NCBI RefSeq assembly: GCF_000281045.1
Contig: NW_008246083.1
Coordinates: 4,057-37,589, forward strand
From: Saprolegnia diclina VS20
Taxonomy: Eukaryota
Reading direction: 5' to 3'
DNA length: 33,533 bases
Below, piece by piece: positions 29,695 to 33,533 of this stretch; within the stretch, counting starts at the first letter, position 1; each line of letters starts with the position of its first letter. The notes beneath the pieces are model-generated. The model had not been told where the DNA came from. It saw nothing but the letters and a program-made list of their open reading frames with translations, and did no database searches. The position numbers were made by a program, and so were the translations under genes.

Positions 29695-30594
29695 TTAGGC
29701 GCTTGCTTTGGTCGATGCATCGTCCGTAGCAGCCGCCAGAGCCTTCTTGTGCGCGATGCAGTAGCGTTCGGGCACGTCGGTTTGGACAGTGGTCGCGGCC
29801 AGGAGCTTTTTGCAGCCAACAACCGAGCACACGCTGCGTCGCCGGTGCAAGTCGCAGAGACCGCCGCCGCGGTCGGTGCGCGTACAGTCTGCCGCGCTGC
29901 AGAGGCGTCCACCGTCGTGCTTGGCGCATTTGCCGTGTCGCTGAACTCCGTTCGGGCAGCCGGCGACCGCGCAAATGCGAATGCCGCCGTGGGCGCGGCA
30001 GTAGCCGCCACTTTGCGCGCTCTTGTCGCACTCGTCCGCCTTGCAGCGCGTGCCGCCGCCATGCGCTTTGCAGAGGCCGCGCGATTGCACCGGGCGGACG
30101 CAGTCGTCTGCCTTGCAGCGCTTGCCACCGCCGTGGGCGATGCAGTACCGACCGCCTTGCGGATTCTTCGGGCAGTAGGCAACGCTGCAGCGCCGAGTGC
30201 CGCCATGCGCCTTGCAAAAGCCTCGGTACGTGATGGCGGTGCTGCACTGCGCGGCGAGGCACTGGCCGTGGATCTCCTTGGGCGGCGATAACTTACTGCG
30301 AGCGCGGGATGCCTTGGTGGCGGCGGGCGGACCCGCAAACGACGGTGGCGGCGGCGCCAAGTCGAGCAGAGCCGACCAGACCGCTTCGTCATGGTCGCTG
30401 GGTGGCGGCCATTGCAGCGCCAGCTGCAGTCGGGGTTGCGGCCGCGCAGCATCGTTCCTATATGGTGGTGTATCGCTCAGAAAGCACGCACGACTACGGA
30501 CTCCGCACCCGTCGTCCTTGGCGACTACCGATGAGCCGGACGTCTCGTCATAGGCCTCGGCCTTGGGCGACCGGCTGCTCTCGCGGTTAGCCAT
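29695..30594 (-). CDS. WRKY19-like Cys/His repeat zinc-finger protein (oomycete-expanded C-x4-C-x9-C-x2-H-GGG repeats)
   Basis: Seven tandem units such as CSVAYCPKNPQGGRYCIAHGGGKRC. Start probably ATG 30594, with a possible in-frame intron 30508-30458. Confidence 0.85.
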   Translation of the reverse strand: MANRESSRSPKAEAYDETSGSSVVAKDDGCGVRSRACFLSDTPPYRNDAARPQPRLQLALQWPPPSDHDEAVWSALLDLAPPPPSFAGPPAATKASRARSKLSPPKEIHGQCLAAQCSTAITYRGFCKAHGGTRRCSVAYCPKNPQGGRYCIAHGGGKRCKADDCVRPVQSRGLCKAHGGGTRCKADECDKSAQSGGYCRAHGGIRICAVAGCPNGVQRHGKCAKHDGGRLCSAADCTRTDRGGGLCDLHRRRSVCSVVGCKKLLAATTVQTDVPERYCIAHKKALAAATDDASTKASA

Positions 30595-33533
30595 CCTTAG
30601 GTCGCTCCAAGAAGGCAAAAATCGGCAGTCAGTCGCGAGATATAATGCTGTGTAACGCGGACGCCTCATCCACGCAATTGTCATCTGTTTCTCCAACAGT
30701 GGCCACGACGGCAGCAGCAATCACGACAGGAATCGACCGGCGAGTCGAGAGCATGCAAGAGCTCGAGCCAAGGTCCCTCGTCTCGTCAAAACAGAGAGAG
30801 GACGTGCCGATAGGTCGGGCGACGTGCCACTTTGGTCCGCGACGGCATCGGAAGAACGATGATGCTACATATTGCGTTTTTCAAAAATATTGCTTTCGTC
30901 GAATGCACTGGCATCAAACACACGAGCCCGTGCAAGGGTTTAGAGGTCGTTGAAGGCAGTGCCAAGCTAGGGATGGCAAAGAGAGGGTCTACAGACCTCG
31001 TTGGGATGCACACGGCCACAGAGGAGCCGATACAACAGTGCACCCATAAAGATGCGGCCGATGACAACCCTTCAAGTCGCCGTCGCCAAAACCCCGTGCG
31101 TAGCTTTTCGGAGGCGATGATTGGTATAAGCCGAAAAACGATCAATTCGGTGGATCGGACGTCCGCGTTTGTATGGCGGTGCGTGTGTGCAGCGGAGTAC
31201 GGCTGTCGCATGTGACCCTCGGATGTCGGGGAAAGCTGTCTCTTGGCCAGTACTGACCTGATCTGTTGCATTAAAAGTACGGTCGGCCCGCGCAAAAGGT
31301 TCAAGGCGGTGGGCACTTTGCCGGGTGCGGCTGCAAGCGTGTGTCGTATCCAAGGTAGCTCCTCGGCTACGAAGCGACGAGGGATCACACTATAGAGGGC
31401 AAGACGATGCGCGCGGGTGTCCACGCACCAGTCACAAGCTCGTAGTGCTCGCATAGGCAACTCTCTTTAAATGCAATATGGCGGTCGTAGGTCTTGCGCG
31501 AGGTTTTCCGGGTCGGTGAGAAGGCGGGGCGAGTTCGCACCTACAACCCTAAACCCGGTTGGTGCGATTTGAGACCACATGGCTCGAGGATGCTGCGTAC
31601 ACTGCGTGACCATTCAGAGTCCCTGTCCATTTCACGGTAGGAGCGCTTGACTGTGGCTCGCTCAAACGAGCTTACCTCATACTGCATCATCTCTACTCTA
31701 GCCATTGAATTTTGAGTTCAACCGTGCAGATCCGTGCTGGGCGTCAGCCGACAACATCCAACTTGTGCGGACCCAGTGTTTGGCTACTGTTGCGCCGCAG
31801 ACGTACGTGGCAACATACACAAATTCAAATGCCTCGCTGGCCTTGACGTCTCGGTCGGTGAATGCAGACGTTCTGGTGCACGCATGGTCGCCCTCCACAT
31901 CGCCGTGCGCACCAGGGCATTCGAACACTTCCGTCAAGAATGACCTTTATTGTTTTGTGATACACAAGAGCGAGGATTGCTTTGGCTATCGTTCTAGGGC
32001 ATACGTCCGGTGTCCATGACATGGTGCTTGAGCTTGAGCGACGCGACATGCTTCTTCAGCCGTTCTACGACCTGCACGGAGTACACGTCTACGCGACCAA
32101 TGCTCCCGCACTCATCGGCATCGTCGGTTTATGTACACACCCTACTACGACTTTGACTGCGCCCTTGTAGGCGCAGATTCTCGCGCCACTTCGTCAAAGT
32201 GCGGGCATTTGATGCAGACACCGACGAATCGTCACACGAAGTTGATTGAGCTCTCGGCCAAGCTAAGAACTTATCCATTTTAGTCAATACACACTTCCGG
32301 TGCCACCGCGCACTGTACACCAATCGACTGCAAGTGCCGAATGAAGCAGTCGAACCAGTACCGTGCGCCAGTTACACTGTCGCCGCACGTAGGTCCATGT
32401 AGAATCCAAGTTCCGACATCGTACACCACTTTCTTGGCGATTCTGACGAGATTAGACGAGCATTTGTGCAGCCACCTGTAGGGTGCGAGGTCGTGGCACA
32501 TGAACCAAGACAACACCCTACTAGTACAACTCTCGCAGTCGACGATCTCTGACTGGATGCCTTCGTCAGCAGACAAGGTTTGTCCACCGCACAACTTCGC
32601 TGCGTCCTGGGGTAGCACCAATGACTGTTCTACCGCGGTCGCAATACGACCCGTCCATCTCCCGCCACGCCGCTCAGGACGCGTGGGTTGTTTGCACCGG
32701 ACGATGGACCAAATGCAACTTGCGGAAATGACAGCCTCCAGGTGTGTCTTTTGATTTTCTATGTATCAACAGCTCTATGACAGGGGCCGCTTGCTCTGGC
32801 CGAATAGAGCCCACTGGGCACGATGCACCATGCAACCGCACAGAGCATGAGCGCAGCGCTGTATCTCTACCTGCTGGTCATATACCGTGCAAGTCGGATA
32901 GGCGCAGCAAGCCGTGCCACCACTCGCACTGGAGCCAAACGCAATGCGTTGTTCGGTCGCCCGTGCCGCCACGGGGCTGTCTCCACCCTTCTACTAGTAC
33001 CTCCTTACCGAGGCTTGGCGATTGTAGGCGATTGTCCAGATCACTTTTTCCGTGCGTCTAGAGCCAAATACCTGACAAAGCTGCATTCGAACGACGAGCG
33101 GCAATCGTTGTCACTGGACTCAACAAAGGACGACGCAAGACGCCCACGAACCCTTTGCTGGTCGCGGCATGCCACGCAGCCGCCATCGCATATGTAAGCA
33201 TCTGTCTCCGGGCAGTTCGCCATTCTTGGCGCTATGATTGAAGGGAATGTCAAACATTCGCAAGTGCCGCCGTCACTGCACTCTTGCAAGGATATCAAAT
33301 TTGTGCTGGGCTCAATTCCGCGGCCAAGTTGAAGCTCCACCGCCGTTCAAGCGCGCGGTTGCAAAAAGTATCTTTCCGAGCTCGCCAATGGAATCATTGT
33401 CTTGGTGTAGACGCGGATTTGATTGGGTCCTTTTTGGCGAATGATCCGCCATAGGACAAAAACAAGTGGCCGTACGACAAGATACGAAAGCAATACTTCA
33501 AGTTCTGCAGTGTGTGTGGAATCATTAGAATAG

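Noticed and set aside
30786..31460. 224-aa minus-strand ORF
   Set aside because: No recognisable motif and lacks the codon bias of true genes here.
31545..31556. AACCCTAAACCC telomere-like sequence
   Set aside because: Fewer than two TTTAGGG units; compatible with chance.
33041..33340. EGF-like-looking 'ECSDGGTCEC' peptide
   Set aside because: Too short, with incomplete Cys spacing and no supporting gene structure.

Overview
Eukaryotic, GC-rich, gene-dense window with many short (41-65 nt) introns and oomycete-type promoter elements (Inr+FPR, CCAAT). It most resembles a Saprolegniales oomycete such as Saprolegnia; this is inferred from gene content and intron style only. About 16 protein genes were reconstructed by hand-splicing. 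In order: the 3' part of a large Cys-rich repeat protein with a decayed continuation, a small gene truncated by a 220-N gap, ATG1/ULK kinase, G-protein gamma subunit, SURF6/Rrp14, a 10-exon hypothetical gene, a 7TM-RGS protein, UNC119, a MYND-SET methyltransferase, a MAP3K, mitochondrial ClpB/Hsp78, codanin-1, a START-like/FYVE/PUB-like protein, a Tgs-type cap guanine-N2 methyltransferase, an acylphosphatase and a WRKY19-like CCCH-repeat zinc-finger protein. A decayed CaMK-like kinase pseudogene and a gene-poor last 3 kb are also present. Most notable: (1) a U12-type AT-AC minor-spliceosome intron (8844-8908, minus strand) that repairs an otherwise broken reading frame; (2) a tight neighbourhood of heterotrimeric G-protein pathway genes (G-gamma, 7TM-RGS, UNC119, MAP3K within about 8.5 kb); (3) E2F+CHR (DREAM-type) promoter motifs. 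All exon coordinates are manual predictions and no database searches were run.
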